The notes under the pieces: model-generated
The model's input: only the letters and a program-made list of their open reading frames with translations
What the model was told of the DNA's origin: nothing
Database searches by the model: none
Shown: positions 37,615-48,202 of the stretch, in pieces
Numbering within the stretch: the stretch's first letter is position 1
How the letters are laid out: each line of letters starts with the position of its first letter
Translations under genes and position numbers: made by a program
DNA from: a virus
Taxonomy: Duplodnaviria > Caudoviricetes
Strand: one strand, 5' to 3'
Virus record (IMG/VR): IMGVR_UViG_3300005095_000122
Coordinates: 1 to 62,732 of that record
DNA: 62,732 bases

Positions 37615-37844
37615 TGGCGGAATATCCTTTTAAAACCAAAAAGTTAGAAAATGGAGAAGTAGTCGTTAACTTTTCAAAGGAAGACGTAAAAGCTTACCTT
37701 TGTTTTGCAGTCGAGAAATGGCGTGAGAAAAAGAAACAAGCAAAAACAGAGGAAGAAAAATTAATAGCTTCTTGTTACATCGACGCATTTTTATCTGTTC
37801 TTTACTCTCTTTTTGGTTCGCAAGAGAAGTGTAATGGAGGCTAG
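37614..37844 (+). CDS. Hypothetical protein
   Basis: 76-aa ORF translationally coupled to the upstream gene. Confidence 0.5.
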   Translation: MAEYPFKTKKLENGEVVVNFSKEDVKAYLCFAVEKWREKKKQAKTEEEKLIASCYIDAFLSVLYSLFGSQEKCNGG

Positions 37845-37846
37845 AT

Positions 37847-40800
37847 ATGGCCATCTTTTATGAAGACATAAAATTGATGAAATCGGAACGGCTTGATGAT
37901 ACGCCAGAAGGCGGTGGTCGCATGACGGGGGAAGAAGTGATTGACGGTGAAATGAACAATCTCTTCCCCGACGTTTCTCGCCTTGATCGTGTTTATGGCA
38001 GGGTAAATTTGCGAAAAGCTTTTCCCGCAGTCATGTCTTTGAATGCAGATCCGTACTATGGTTCGCATCTGGTAATAACCCGTCCTCCGGTAGATAGAAA
38101 GATAAAATGCACAATGTTCACCCGTCACGATAGCCTTGACCGTCGAGCAGAGGCAGTAAATTTTCTTCAATCCTACCAAACGCCAGCGTATCGGAGAGGC
38201 GGGTATCTGGTAGGTTTCCACCCTGCAGGGTTAGGCGTTTTGACAGTATTTTGCCCACCTGGAAGCGATATTTTCAGAGTTAATCAGGTTGTTTATCTTG
38301 TTGATTATTCTGGAGGTTCGTTAGTTGACGGTGATGGCCACGCAGAATTCGTCCGAATAAGTGAAGCGGATTTTCAGGAAAAAGAGGTGATGATGGAAGT
38401 TGACGGCAAGATTCAAGCCGTCAAGGTAGTCGAATGGCGTTTGACTCTAGAGCGTCCTCTTCAATTTGACCACTCAGGCTCACCGTTAAGCCCAGTCTTT
38501 TATCCAGCAGACGGCACGTATCTTTATGATACAGTTGTGGGTGCGTCTGCAAGGTTCTATGGAATCGCGCCATTGATCGAACCTGCTTCGGTCGGTGATT
38601 TTACGGTTAAAGTAGAAAGTATCTTCTCAAATGTTGTTCCAACGGCCCGAAGTGAGATAGCTTTGGCCGATCGTTATGTTTCAGGCCAGCAAGTCGGTTT
38701 GTTTCCTATTTCCTATACAGAACAGACGGAAACAATAACCGTTTCGTCAGGTGATGTAATAAGATTGCCTTTTGCGGTAGTCCCAAGGACGGTAGGCGGA
38801 GATTTTACCGATTCTCCGAAAAATGAACGATATGGCGATTTGCTATCAGGAACAACGGTTGTCGGACAGATAGATTATTATGAAGGAACTATTGAGTTTG
38901 CGTCTTCTTTTACAGGTGCTTCTTTGGCCTATATTCCAGCTCTTGACTTGAACGTGTTTACTTATACAGCTTTTGAATCAATTACTCAGGAAACGCAAAG
39001 AAACACGTTCGTTAAGACTTTGCTTCCGTTTCCTTCGGCTTTCACAGTCGAATTCCATTACAGGAGCCAAGGTAACTGGTATGTGTTAAGAGATGATGGG
39101 ACGGGGACTTTGCGTGGTTCTGACCCTGCTATTGGTTCGGGAACTTTTAATTATGATACGGGGACGTTAACCGTTTCAACAGGAGCATTGCCCGATGTTG
39201 ATTCGGCGATTATGTATCGCTGGGCGACTGTTCCTCATATAACGCTAGCAGCACCAGAACAAAGCTTGAGCAAGTTGTTTTATAGATTTAAGCTAGATAC
39301 GTTTGTTCCGGTTTCAGGTTTGCAAATAGATTACATTGCAAATGGTGCTTCTAAGTCTGTATCCGATGACGGTAGTGGAAACTTGCAAGGGGATGGCCAA
39401 GGATCGGTTCTTTATCAGAACGGTGAAATTATTTTCTATCCAACTGAGATTCCCGACGCAGCAACTCAAATAACGGTGACTGTTTCGGCAAAAGAGACTG
39501 TTAGAGAATCAGGAGCCAAGCTTGAAGATGATTGGAACGATGCGGAACCGTATTGGGCTTTTGAGACGGGCAATGCTATTGAACCAGGTTCGGTAGTGAT
39601 TCGTTACAACGTTAATATAGTTAGACCGATAACGGAACTGCGTTTTATAGCGAGAATTGACCCACCTGTTTACGCACGAGACGACGGAAGCGGAAATCTG
39701 ATAAATATGTTTGGAGACCAAGTTGGAACTGTTGACTATACAAACGGTTCAATTTTGTTGGCGAAAATACAACCGTATCATGAATATTTGCCAGGTGAGC
39801 TTGAGACGAATGTTTTTTCTAGTGAGTCATTTTTGACTTCTTACAGAACGGACCCGACCCAGATATATAAACCAGAATTCACTAATAGGTTAGCGGCTTC
39901 TCTAGTCGCTTCTTACAGGACGAGACCACCTTTGACTAGGGAAGAAGTTGTAATAGGAACAAACAGGTTTCGGCGTGTTTATCGTGCAGGTTATATCGAA
40001 GTTAACCCGAAAATGGCTTATGCTTTATCTTATGTGATAGATGGAACGTCTGAGAACAGTCAGACGTGGACTTATGACGCGAGACCTATTTTACTAAAAG
40101 TTGATTATGAGGATTTTAAACCGTTGCCTCGCACCTTCTCCTTTGAGTGGAACGGAAATAAATATTATGAAAGCAACGGTGATCTTCTTAAAGGTTTTGA
40201 TGTGACAACAGGTGAGTATGGAGATAAGGTTGGAGAGTATGATGAGGCTGAGTATGCTTTTAAGTTAACATCTGTTCAAGATGGAGTGACTAATACAGAA
40301 CCGACCGGAGTAATAGGCGCTTTTGCCGGACTTTTACCGTCAACGTCACTTTCTTTCCTTGTTGATGTGACTCCGGTTGCACCAGGGACATTTCAACTAG
40401 TTTTCCCTGATTTAGACGGTAATCTCCGAACGGTAACAGCAGATTTAGCCGGAGTGATAAATGATGATTTTTGTATCGGAGAGATAGATGTTTTAAGTGG
40501 GCTAGTAAAAGTTCGATTTGGGAAATGGATTCCACACCAAACAGAATACGAGACGGAGGATTGGTTTAAGCCTGAGCTTTTGAATGAAGATGGAACTCAG
40601 GTCTTTGTTCCTTATATGCCGGACGTTAGCAGGATTCGTTATAATGCGGTTGGTTATAAGTCTATCCCGCTAGATCCGTCAATTCTTGGTCTCGATCCTA
40701 TAAGACTTCCACCTGACGGCAGGGTTCCCGTTTTTCATATCGGCGATGTTGTAGTGATACATAACATTCAGCAAACAACCCTACCTAATCCAGTCGAGGC

Positions 40801-41542
40801 TGGACAGACTTATGACTTAGGACGGACAAACCTTTCTTACGTGGACATCTTCGACCAAGAAGGTCGTTATGTAAACCGCAATTTATTTTCGGTTGATTTA
40901 GACAATGGAACAGTAACTTTTGCGGACCCATTGGATTTGTCAGGATATACACAACCTTTGATTGCGTATCATAGAAGAGAAGATATGCGTCTAGTTTCTG
41001 ACGTGCAAGTGAGCGGTCATTTAACGTTTACTGAGGCGATAGACCACGATTACCTTTTAGACGGGAATTCTTTTGTTTCCTCAGCTCTTTTGATGGGAGA
41101 TCTTCAAGCAAAAGTCTTAAATGTTTTTGACCAAAAGAACTGGTATGGGACTTTCTCGGATGAGCTTGAAGGTGATCCAGCGGAAGCGACTTTTAACATA
41201 ATTGATTATCCGATTGAAGTGACGAATAAAGGCTCGATTCAAGAACGTTGGGCGATTGTTTTCACTAGCTCGACAAATTTCAAGGTGATCGGAGAAAACG
41301 TTGGAGTAATAGCAACTGGTGATATTTATAATGATCTAGCACCGATAAACCCAGCTACGAATGAACCTTATTTCTATATTAGAAAAGAGGGCTGGGGCAC
41401 CGGTTGGCAAACAAACAACGTTTTGCGTTTTAATACAACAGCAGCCCACTTTCCGGTTTGGTTTGTCAGAACGGTTCTTCAAGGTGACCCGGAGGGTGAG
41501 GGAGATTCGTTTAAGGTCCAAATACGAGGTGACGTGGATTAA
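37847..41542 (+). CDS. Large tail-tip/baseplate structural protein
   Basis: 1231 aa; DIKL..SERL.D..EGGGR..G..V.DG..NNLFPD N-terminus; recurring DDG.G.L / G.VDY..G beta motifs. Confidence 0.75.
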   Translation: MAIFYEDIKLMKSERLDDTPEGGGRMTGEEVIDGEMNNLFPDVSRLDRVYGRVNLRKAFPAVMSLNADPYYGSHLVITRPPVDRKIKCTMFTRHDSLDRRAEAVNFLQSYQTPAYRRGGYLVGFHPAGLGVLTVFCPPGSDIFRVNQVVYLVDYSGGSLVDGDGHAEFVRISEADFQEKEVMMEVDGKIQAVKVVEWRLTLERPLQFDHSGSPLSPVFYPADGTYLYDTVVGASARFYGIAPLIEPASVGDFTVKVESIFSNVVPTARSEIALADRYVSGQQVGLFPISYTEQTETITVSSGDVIRLPFAVVPRTVGGDFTDSPKNERYGDLLSGTTVVGQIDYYEGTIEFASSFTGASLAYIPALDLNVFTYTAFESITQETQRNTFVKTLLPFPSAFTVEFHYRSQGNWYVLRDDGTGTLRGSDPAIGSGTFNYDTGTLTVSTGALPDVDSAIMYRWATVPHITLAAPEQSLSKLFYRFKLDTFVPVSGLQIDYIANGASKSVSDDGSGNLQGDGQGSVLYQNGEIIFYPTEIPDAATQITVTVSAKETVRESGAKLEDDWNDAEPYWAFETGNAIEPGSVVIRYNVNIVRPITELRFIARIDPPVYARDDGSGNLINMFGDQVGTVDYTNGSILLAKIQPYHEYLPGELETNVFSSESFLTSYRTDPTQIYKPEFTNRLAASLVASYRTRPPLTREEVVIGTNRFRRVYRAGYIEVNPKMAYALSYVIDGTSENSQTWTYDARPILLKVDYEDFKPLPRTFSFEWNGNKYYESNGDLLKGFDVTTGEYGDKVGEYDEAEYAFKLTSVQDGVTNTEPTGVIGAFAGLLPSTSLSFLVDVTPVAPGTFQLVFPDLDGNLRTVTADLAGVINDDFCIGEIDVLSGLVKVRFGKWIPHQTEYETEDWFKPELLNEDGTQVFVPYMPDVSRIRYNAVGYKSIPLDPSILGLDPIRLPPDGRVPVFHIGDVVVIHNIQQTTLPNPVEAGQTYDLGRTNLSYVDIFDQEGRYVNRNLFSVDLDNGTVTFADPLDLSGYTQPLIAYHRREDMRLVSDVQVSGHLTFTEAIDHDYLLDGNSFVSSALLMGDLQAKVLNVFDQKNWYGTFSDELEGDPAEATFNIIDYPIEVTNKGSIQERWAIVFTSSTNFKVIGENVGVIATGDIYNDLAPINPATNEPYFYIRKEGWGTGWQTNNVLRFNTTAAHFPVWFVRTVLQGDPEGEGDSFKVQIRGDVD

Positions 41543-41557
41543 ACGGAGGATTCGATT

Positions 41558-42607
41558 ATGAGTGATGTGATAGTATATAAATCAGATGACACCGATGCGC
41601 CGCAGTTTGTTGGGACTACTGCGACGGATTTAATGAACTCTATTGCGAACGTGTTTAAGAAGTGTTTAGTTGAAGGTTATGGAACTAAGCCAGCAGCCGG
41701 TTGGACTATAGTTGATGAGGGCAATGATCCAGTTGGAAATCCGATGTTGATTTTGAAAACAGATGAGGTTGAAGGGAATGGGACACATTTAGCAATAGGT
41801 TTATATCAGGATGATTATATACAGTTTCAAGTGGCAGAGCAATATACTTTAGATGAGTCAGTAATTACGTATCCGGTTAGAGGGCAAACGGGCCGGATTA
41901 GCCAGGAGAGTTATTCAGGATTGGGGATTAGTAATTTCAACAGCGGTTCTAACCATCATTGGATTTTGGTAGCAACAAATAGGTTTTTTTATTTATTTAC
42001 TCAGAGCGCTGACGGTGGTTTTGATGATGATTTTAGATATGCTTTGTGCGCAGGTGATTATACGAAGGCTCCTTTTGCATATACTTGTTTTAGGAATAAC
42101 TCAGTGACTGATTTTGTGGTTAGATCTTATTGGTGTGAAGCGGTTAAAGTAGTGCAGTTCCCTACTGCATTCTATACGTCAGATAAAGCGGTTTATTACG
42201 GTAAGGCGTTAGGTTTTCCCTATTCTCCACAAACTCAGGTCGCTATACAATTAAAGCCTGGCTTTTATAACCCGTTTGGGACTTTATTCGCATCACGCTT
42301 TATCGGATCTCCCGTTTATGCAATATGTGATTTTTTAGGCGGGGATACAGCTTTCTTTAAAATGCCAGGTTTGGTTAAGCCGACAGATACAGCTTCACTT
42401 TTGTATAGTCTTTTTCAAGCGGATTATTCGTTAGTTCCAGACGCGCATTCTTACCCTGGTTTTTCTCCGTCGGTTTCCGTAGATACAACATCGGCATCCT
42501 CTATGATGCGCCAGATTGATGTTGGCGGTAAGTCTTATGTTGCTTTGTGGTGGGAGTGGGGCTTAATCTCCTTAGATTCGGAGGATTGGGACGGTGGCTT
42601 ATACTAA
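41558..42607 (+). CDS. Tail fibre / tail-tip protein
   Basis: YKSDDTDAPQ...KCLVEGYGTKPAAGWT N-terminal anchor pattern with an aromatic-rich C-terminus. Confidence 0.6.
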   Translation: MSDVIVYKSDDTDAPQFVGTTATDLMNSIANVFKKCLVEGYGTKPAAGWTIVDEGNDPVGNPMLILKTDEVEGNGTHLAIGLYQDDYIQFQVAEQYTLDESVITYPVRGQTGRISQESYSGLGISNFNSGSNHHWILVATNRFFYLFTQSADGGFDDDFRYALCAGDYTKAPFAYTCFRNNSVTDFVVRSYWCEAVKVVQFPTAFYTSDKAVYYGKALGFPYSPQTQVAIQLKPGFYNPFGTLFASRFIGSPVYAICDFLGGDTAFFKMPGLVKPTDTASLLYSLFQADYSLVPDAHSYPGFSPSVSVDTTSASSMMRQIDVGGKSYVALWWEWGLISLDSEDWDGGLY

Positions 42608-43724
42608 TCAAATTGATTTAACGATAACGGGCAATTCTGAGGCCAGTGATGGGATTCTTTTCCTTCGCCTTTGTAAAAGCGATGCTGTTTTAGACGGAAT
42701 AGTTAGCTTGGCTCTTGATGGTTGTGAGAATTGGCCGATAGATGTAGCTTTTTCATTTGATGGTGGTTCTACATTTGTTCCGTTCATTCGCTTTGAAGTG
42801 GTGCCAGGACATTTGGTTTTTATAATTCCAGGTGACTATTCAAGCGATAAGACTTTGACAGTTTTTTGGGGAGATGCAAGTGCACCGGATTATAACGATG
42901 ATTCTTTAGCTGATTTTGTAGCTCGTGATAATATGTTTCACCAGTTTTCACCGATATCAGCACCTTTGACAGCGGTAGTTCCGTATGCAACAAGAAACAA
43001 TTATGGATTTTATAGTTCGACTGGCATGGCCTGTTTCTTTGAAGAGGGAACGGGAGATTATGTGTCGGTAGTTCCTTATGGAGCCTATTTTCGAGTTTAT
43101 GTGAATAGTAGTTATGCGAGTTATTACCACGATGATACAAATGATGTTCAGACTGTGAGAGCCTTCTTTCTCAAGTTAGACGGCTCAAATGCGATTTTGG
43201 AATGGACTCCGCAATTAGGCGTAGATTTAACGTCAATATCCAAAGCTTGTGATTACGCTTCAATAGATCGGGTAGAATTCCCGATGACCTATCGTTTACA
43301 AGCAATTTGCGGTGGCGTGGCGATATTTTCAGGTCTAAAGAAGCAAGTTTACGTAAACGAAGCGGAGTATTATAAACCACCGAAATTTCCTCCGCCAGGA
43401 GAGTTTCAGCACTTACCGATTAGTGAGGCAGGAACCCAACGTTGGGTTTTTTCCGGTTATGTAACGGAAGGCGGTGAACCAGCAACGAACGATGTAATTC
43501 TTTACCACCATCAAACTGGGTTTGTAACAAAAACAAAATCTAGACCGTCGGACGGTTATTGGAGGATAGCTCTGCCTCGACTTGTTTTTACGGATCCGTT
43601 TCAGCAATTAAAGCCATTTATTTATGTTGACAGAGCTTTTGCAGTATTTTGTCACGATAAAGAGCAAGTTTATAATGCGAAAATTTATGACCACATAACA
43701 CCAGCTCTAGAGATAGGAGAATAA
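42594..43724 (+). CDS. Putative tail/receptor-binding protein
   Basis: Position; C-terminal SGYVTEGGEP...DGYW...YNAKIYDHITP Ig-like segment. Confidence 0.5.
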   Translation: MAYTNQIDLTITGNSEASDGILFLRLCKSDAVLDGIVSLALDGCENWPIDVAFSFDGGSTFVPFIRFEVVPGHLVFIIPGDYSSDKTLTVFWGDASAPDYNDDSLADFVARDNMFHQFSPISAPLTAVVPYATRNNYGFYSSTGMACFFEEGTGDYVSVVPYGAYFRVYVNSSYASYYHDDTNDVQTVRAFFLKLDGSNAILEWTPQLGVDLTSISKACDYASIDRVEFPMTYRLQAICGGVAIFSGLKKQVYVNEAEYYKPPKFPPPGEFQHLPISEAGTQRWVFSGYVTEGGEPATNDVILYHHQTGFVTKTKSRPSDGYWRIALPRLVFTDPFQQLKPFIYVDRAFAVFCHDKEQVYNAKIYDHITPALEIGE

Positions 43725-43725
43725 A

Positions 43726-44472
43726 ATGCTAAATCCAGACATTTGGCAACCTAATATGTCCGTTCCAGCAGGCGAATTTATACGTCCGACAACAGATAAT
43801 GGGTTTGTTTATTATGCACTAACGGGAGGTTTAACAGGTTCGACAGAACCTTCTTGGCCGACGGCAAACGGTCAGTCTGTCATTGATAATGAAGTGACTT
43901 GGATAGCGATGAGAAACAGAGCATCTTATACGATGCTCCAGCCAGCTTTGGATTATCTAAAGAACAACGGCAACCTAGTGACAGTTTGCTTTAAAAACCC
44001 GACTAATTATTATCAAGCTTGTAATCCAGATGAATGGCAAGCTTCAACAACCTACAACGTAGGCGATGTAGTTAGACCGACAACTAGAAATGGATTTGTA
44101 TATGTTTGCACAGTAGCAGGAACCACGGGTTCGTCAGAGCCTTCTTGGCCCACTAACGCAGGTGATACGATTACGGATAATGAGATTACCTGGGAAGCGG
44201 TCGAGAATTTTTCCTTGTGTGCAGTTGAAATGACTTCGGCAGACTATGCTATTGAGGTATCAGAAGACGGTGGTTTGAAAATTAAAACAGCGACTAAGAC
44301 GGATATTCTAGTTTACCGAGAAGGTGAAGGCAATTTCGGAGTCATTCTTGACACGATAAACAAAAATATCCTTTTTGTGACTTTACCAAACACGCCTCAG
44401 AATTTTATTGAAGGGGCCTTGGCACGTATAACAGAGATTATTTACGAGATAAACTTGCCAGGAGTTTGTTAG
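43726..44472 (+). CDS. Tail protein with two carbohydrate-binding-like repeats
   Basis: Two copies of WQ......G...RPT..NGFVY....G.TGS.EPSWPT..G....DNE.TW. Confidence 0.6.
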   Translation: MLNPDIWQPNMSVPAGEFIRPTTDNGFVYYALTGGLTGSTEPSWPTANGQSVIDNEVTWIAMRNRASYTMLQPALDYLKNNGNLVTVCFKNPTNYYQACNPDEWQASTTYNVGDVVRPTTRNGFVYVCTVAGTTGSSEPSWPTNAGDTITDNEITWEAVENFSLCAVEMTSADYAIEVSEDGGLKIKTATKTDILVYREGEGNFGVILDTINKNILFVTLPNTPQNFIEGALARITEIIYEINLPGVC

Positions 44473-44476
44473 GCTG

Positions 44477-45625
44477 GTGGCATACTCCCCTCCATCCTCC
44501 GAAGCCCTGGGATTTGATTTAAGCGGTCCCTTGCCAGAGGGACCGCTCTTTTTTGATTTAGCAAACCCAGGACAAGAACTAAACTTTGATCTTTCTACGA
44601 TAGTTGCGGTTGATGGTGACAATATTCTTTTCGATTGCAGAGAAGAACTGACAGGAACAGTTTTTCTTTCTTTGTTTAATTCAGTAGCTACGGAAGCCGA
44701 GAGTGATTTTGGTTTACAGTCTTATTTTGAGTTTGTAGTTAGTGAGGCTTCGACCGAGAGTGAGGTAATATTAACTCAAATTCAGCAGATAGAATTAATA
44801 CCCTCACAGACAACACCTTTCGCTTCTTTTGATGTAAGAAGACTAATTGCGCAAGGATTCATTTCTCTTGATGTAGCTGGCGAAACTCCGATAACGAAGT
44901 TCTACTCCGATCCGGTTTTGATTTACCCGCGACCGCAAGAACAAGAGCCGGAAGCTGAGTCTGAGCTAGAACAGCTTCCGCTTTGGCGGAAACCGTATCG
45001 AACTCAAGGTGGAGTCGGTCTTGTTTGGGATAAACCGGAACAAGACGACGTAAAACGAGCGATTAACTTTGAAGAGTCGGAGAAGTTAGACAAAAAAGAA
45101 GATTTAACGTTCGATAAAGCGGAAGTCGAAGATAAGCAACTAGACTTTGTTTTAGATCGACCGGACAGGTTAGATGTAAAGATTAAAGGTGCATGCGGGC
45201 AGGCTACTAGGCAAGACAAGTCAAAGTTGGTGAATTTTGACGATTTGCAGCGTTTCGAAAAACAACAGTTGCGAATAGTTTTTTCAGATTTTGATTCTGT
45301 GTTAGATACGTTTCTTTCGTTAGAAAATAAAATACCGGTTCCAGTGGACGTAGCCGATTTTGATTTACCCTGGGACAGGTTACTAGAACAAGATAAGGGT
45401 TTACTAATTCCTGCGATTGACTTGATTAGATCTGAGTCATCAAAACTAATTCCGTGGGGCAAAGTGAGCTATCCTAGACCTTGTTATTGGCTACCAAAAC
45501 TACCTGAGAATGCAACGGTAATAGACTTTCATTTTGAAGAAGCCGATAGATATGAACCACCGAAACCCAGGCTAGTAAGGAGAGGAAGTGGATTTCGCAC
45601 CATTGCCGGCACGTGTCCAGGCTAA
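44477..45625 (+). CDS. Acidic tail protein with 14-residue repeats
   Basis: Periodic WDKPEQDDVKRAIN/FEESEKLDKKEDLT/FDKAEVEDKQLDFV/LDRPDRLDVKIKGA. Confidence 0.55.
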   Translation: MAYSPPSSEALGFDLSGPLPEGPLFFDLANPGQELNFDLSTIVAVDGDNILFDCREELTGTVFLSLFNSVATEAESDFGLQSYFEFVVSEASTESEVILTQIQQIELIPSQTTPFASFDVRRLIAQGFISLDVAGETPITKFYSDPVLIYPRPQEQEPEAESELEQLPLWRKPYRTQGGVGLVWDKPEQDDVKRAINFEESEKLDKKEDLTFDKAEVEDKQLDFVLDRPDRLDVKIKGACGQATRQDKSKLVNFDDLQRFEKQQLRIVFSDFDSVLDTFLSLENKIPVPVDVADFDLPWDRLLEQDKGLLIPAIDLIRSESSKLIPWGKVSYPRPCYWLPKLPENATVIDFHFEEADRYEPPKPRLVRRGSGFRTIAGTCPG

Positions 45626-46805
45626 ACAGAATTGCCCGTTAGCCTTAACATGGCTTGGTTTCAGCTTTGTTATATCTGAGGAGACACACGTTTGGACGTG
45701 TGAGCCTTGGCCCTATGGGACCGGACCGGTTCACGGACAAATTTATGATAGGCGGACGGTCCCAGGATCACAAGAGTTGGGCGACGTTTATTATTCGGAG
45801 GTTTCAGCAATGCTTTTCCGAGTGAGTGATAATTTAACAATTCCCGTCAAAAGTATAAGTTTCTCGATCGATTGTGACTCATGGACTTGGGCTTTTAGTG
45901 CAGAAGTGCTAGGGAAAGAAGCACTTGAAGCGGTTAAACCTCTAACCGATCCTGTGGAAGTGGAAGCAGTAATAAACGGACATCGTTTCCGCGCAATAGT
46001 GGAGAAATGGAATGATCAATATTCGTTTAATCAGAAGACCTATACCATCAAGGGACGCTCTCCTTGTGCGTTGTTAGACAAGCCGTATGTAGAACCGACA
46101 TTGTTAAACCTAACAAGTGATTCTTCGGCTAAGCAGGTGGTGGAAAACATTTTGAATCCTCAGGGTTATTCGTTAGATTGGAATACTTCTTTGGTGCCTG
46201 ATTGGATTATTAAGGCGGAGGCCCTTTCAGTAAGAGAGACACCCATAAGGCAGGTGTTACACATCCTTTCCGCTTTAGATGTGATACTAAACGTTGACAA
46301 AGCAGATTTGGTTTTTCACGTACGGCCTCGGCACAAACACAAGTCTTGGACTTGGGCAGGACAAACTCCCGACTCAGTTCTCCAGGAGAGTTTTTGTTAT
46401 TCTCTTTCTGGTGAGTTCATTCCGGGGAGGGACATAGATTGTGTTTATGTACAGGGCGATTCGGCCGGGGCAGTGGGTGCAAAAGTAATTATCTCGGGCG
46501 AGGCCGGAAACAAACCTTTGCCGGAGATCACCCATCCTTTGTTGACCGACACCCAGGCATGTCTTTTTCGGGGAACTCAAGCATTATCTTATGCAAAGAT
46601 TCCCATGAGAAAGAATACACTTGTTACAGTTCTAAACCCGCCAGACACAAATCCGAATTTGTTTCTACCCGGGGACTTTATCGAGTTTTTTATAGAAGGG
46701 GTGTCCCACAAAGGTGCGGTCGCGTCCACGTCAATAACCGCAGCTTGGGACGACCGTGGGTTAAAAGTAATCCAAACTTTGGAAGTCTTTTCGATTGTGA
46801 GGTAG
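45588..46805 (+). CDS. Tail hub-like structural protein
   Basis: SIDCDSWTWAFS, IKGRS..ALL..PY, VYVQG, ITHPLLTD, PGDFIE; position. Confidence 0.6.
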   Translation: MDFAPLPARVQAKQNCPLALTWLGFSFVISEETHVWTCEPWPYGTGPVHGQIYDRRTVPGSQELGDVYYSEVSAMLFRVSDNLTIPVKSISFSIDCDSWTWAFSAEVLGKEALEAVKPLTDPVEVEAVINGHRFRAIVEKWNDQYSFNQKTYTIKGRSPCALLDKPYVEPTLLNLTSDSSAKQVVENILNPQGYSLDWNTSLVPDWIIKAEALSVRETPIRQVLHILSALDVILNVDKADLVFHVRPRHKHKSWTWAGQTPDSVLQESFCYSLSGEFIPGRDIDCVYVQGDSAGAVGAKVIISGEAGNKPLPEITHPLLTDTQACLFRGTQALSYAKIPMRKNTLVTVLNPPDTNPNLFLPGDFIEFFIEGVSHKGAVASTSITAAWDDRGLKVIQTLEVFSIVR

Positions 46806-46809
46806 GACC

Positions 46810-47046
46810 ATGATCGTTTCGTCTTTGAAACAATTACGAGAAGCTTTGGTTGGACAGCCGGAGTATGTGGGCAATGTACTTTCGTTTGATTCGGCGACCT
46901 ACACGGCCACGGTGGAGTTGGTGGCCGGAGGTGTATTGAAGGCAAAAAGCAAGATCCAGGTATCTCCGGGACAACGGGTAAAAGTGCGGGGAAAAGAGAT
47001 CGAAACAGTGGTTTCTATTGTAGATTATGTGGAGGTACAAGTATGA
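46810..47046 (+). CDS. Small tail-tip protein (OB-fold-like)
   Basis: G.V......ATVEL..GG.......V..G.RV.V pattern after the hub-like gene. Confidence 0.45.
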   Translation: MIVSSLKQLREALVGQPEYVGNVLSFDSATYTATVELVAGGVLKAKSKIQVSPGQRVKVRGKEIETVVSIVDYVEVQV

Positions 47047-47243
47047 TGGGATGCAGGATGACCGATTTGGTAAAGAGCAAGGCGGAGGGGACGCTCACCT
47101 CATTTTTGTTGCGTCGTGATTTTCGGCCGGCGTGTGTGCGCTACGCAGAACAGGCGCTAAAACTGGCCCGTCTGTACCAAATACGCTCTTTGGAAGAGCT
47201 TGCGTTACAGTATTTATCCCGGGCACGTGGAGACGTTGGATAA
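47043..47243 (+). CDS. Hypothetical protein
   Basis: 66-aa ORF overlapping the upstream stop. Confidence 0.4.
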   Translation: MMGCRMTDLVKSKAEGTLTSFLLRRDFRPACVRYAEQALKLARLYQIRSLEELALQYLSRARGDVG

Positions 47244-47270
47244 AGTAAAGTATTCCGCAAGGGGGACGAA

Positions 47271-47696
47271 ATGCGCAAGGTTCTAAATTTTTTGGTGCCG
47301 TTAGTTTTGTTAGTGTGGTTTGCATTATTGGTGTTTTTGACGGTGGAAGTCTTTTCCTTTGATTCAGAGTTGGTGTCCCTAGCGGGGGAGTGGTACGCGT
47401 GGGACGGGGAGCAGGGGGTGCGAGTGGAGATCGAGCCCGTACCGCAAGAAATAATCTTTTTCTTTAAAAAGTATCAGTGCGTTCCGGTGTTGGTGGCGGG
47501 AGCCGACGTAGGAGCCTTTTTGTGTCGCGAGGCCCCGGATCGGTACCAGATTCGTGTTCAAAACAAGGTGGTTGATGTGTGTGTTTTGGGACCTGAAACA
47601 AGGTTCACGATCGAGAACGATCGCATTGGAGAGTTGGAGGTCGATCTAGGGCCGGCAACGGTGGAATGTACACGGTGGCGGCTTTTTCGGCGGTAA
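47271..47696 (+). CDS. Membrane-anchored or secreted hypothetical protein
   Basis: N-terminal MRK plus a long hydrophobic helix; four Cys in the soluble part. Confidence 0.6.
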   Translation: MRKVLNFLVPLVLLVWFALLVFLTVEVFSFDSELVSLAGEWYAWDGEQGVRVEIEPVPQEIIFFFKKYQCVPVLVAGADVGAFLCREAPDRYQIRVQNKVVDVCVLGPETRFTIENDRIGELEVDLGPATVECTRWRLFRR

Positions 47697-47702
47697 AATT
47701 TC

Positions 47703-47738
47703 AACTTGACACCGACCTAAGCCGATGATAGGATTAGA
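47703..47738 (+). promoter_or_regulatory. Sigma-70-type early promoter, copy 1 of an identical 36-bp element
   Basis: AACTTGACACCGACCTAAGCCGATGATAGGATTAGA = TTGACA-N17-TAGGAT with an extended TG; AT-rich upstream. Confidence 0.88.
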
Positions 47739-47765
47739 CAAGAAAATTAAAATGAGGTAGTCGAG

Positions 47766-48122
47766 ATGGTCATTCTGTTAGAGAAGACGGCTATATTTCC
47801 CACTAGGCCCTTTGATGTGTCAGTGGTGGGGCCGTATAGCATGGGGAAGAGGCAAGAGGCCAGGATCGAGTTGGTAGAGAATGAAGGGACGGTCACACTG
47901 GTCGAAGTAAGGTGGTCGCAGTGTGTGGATAAAGAAAAGGCCCTTCGATTTCTTCAAGCTTTATTTGTGAGGCTAGTGGCGCGGGTGAAGCAGGCGGAAG
48001 AAAGCCGGCAAGCCATAATAATGAAAGTATTTGTACAGCAAGCCGTGGAACGGTATTTTGAAAGCGGTTTAGAAGAGGTGGTCATAACCTTAGACGAATG
48101 TCCAGTGGTGGAGGTTCTTTAG
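47766..48122 (+). CDS. Hypothetical (probably early) protein
   Basis: First ORF after promoter copy 1; RBS GAGGT. Confidence 0.6.
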   Translation: MVILLEKTAIFPTRPFDVSVVGPYSMGKRQEARIELVENEGTVTLVEVRWSQCVDKEKALRFLQALFVRLVARVKQAEESRQAIIMKVFVQQAVERYFESGLEEVVITLDECPVVEVL

Positions 48123-48202
48123 GTGTTTCCGTTACCGGCAACAGTTTTATTGGTGATTTCGGCAATAATAGCACTAATTTTACTCATAGGGAGGACGAGA
48201 AA

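Noticed and set aside
41558-44472. Diversity-generating retroelement or invertase-based tail fibre switching
   Set aside because: No reverse transcriptase, invertase or adenine-specific repeat pair was seen; the 43726 repeats differ at all base types.
44477-46805. Programmed frameshift joining the two overlapping tail ORFs
   Set aside because: It would need a +1 shift with no evident slippery site, and the second ORF has a plausible RBS and GTG start. An assembly indel cannot be excluded.
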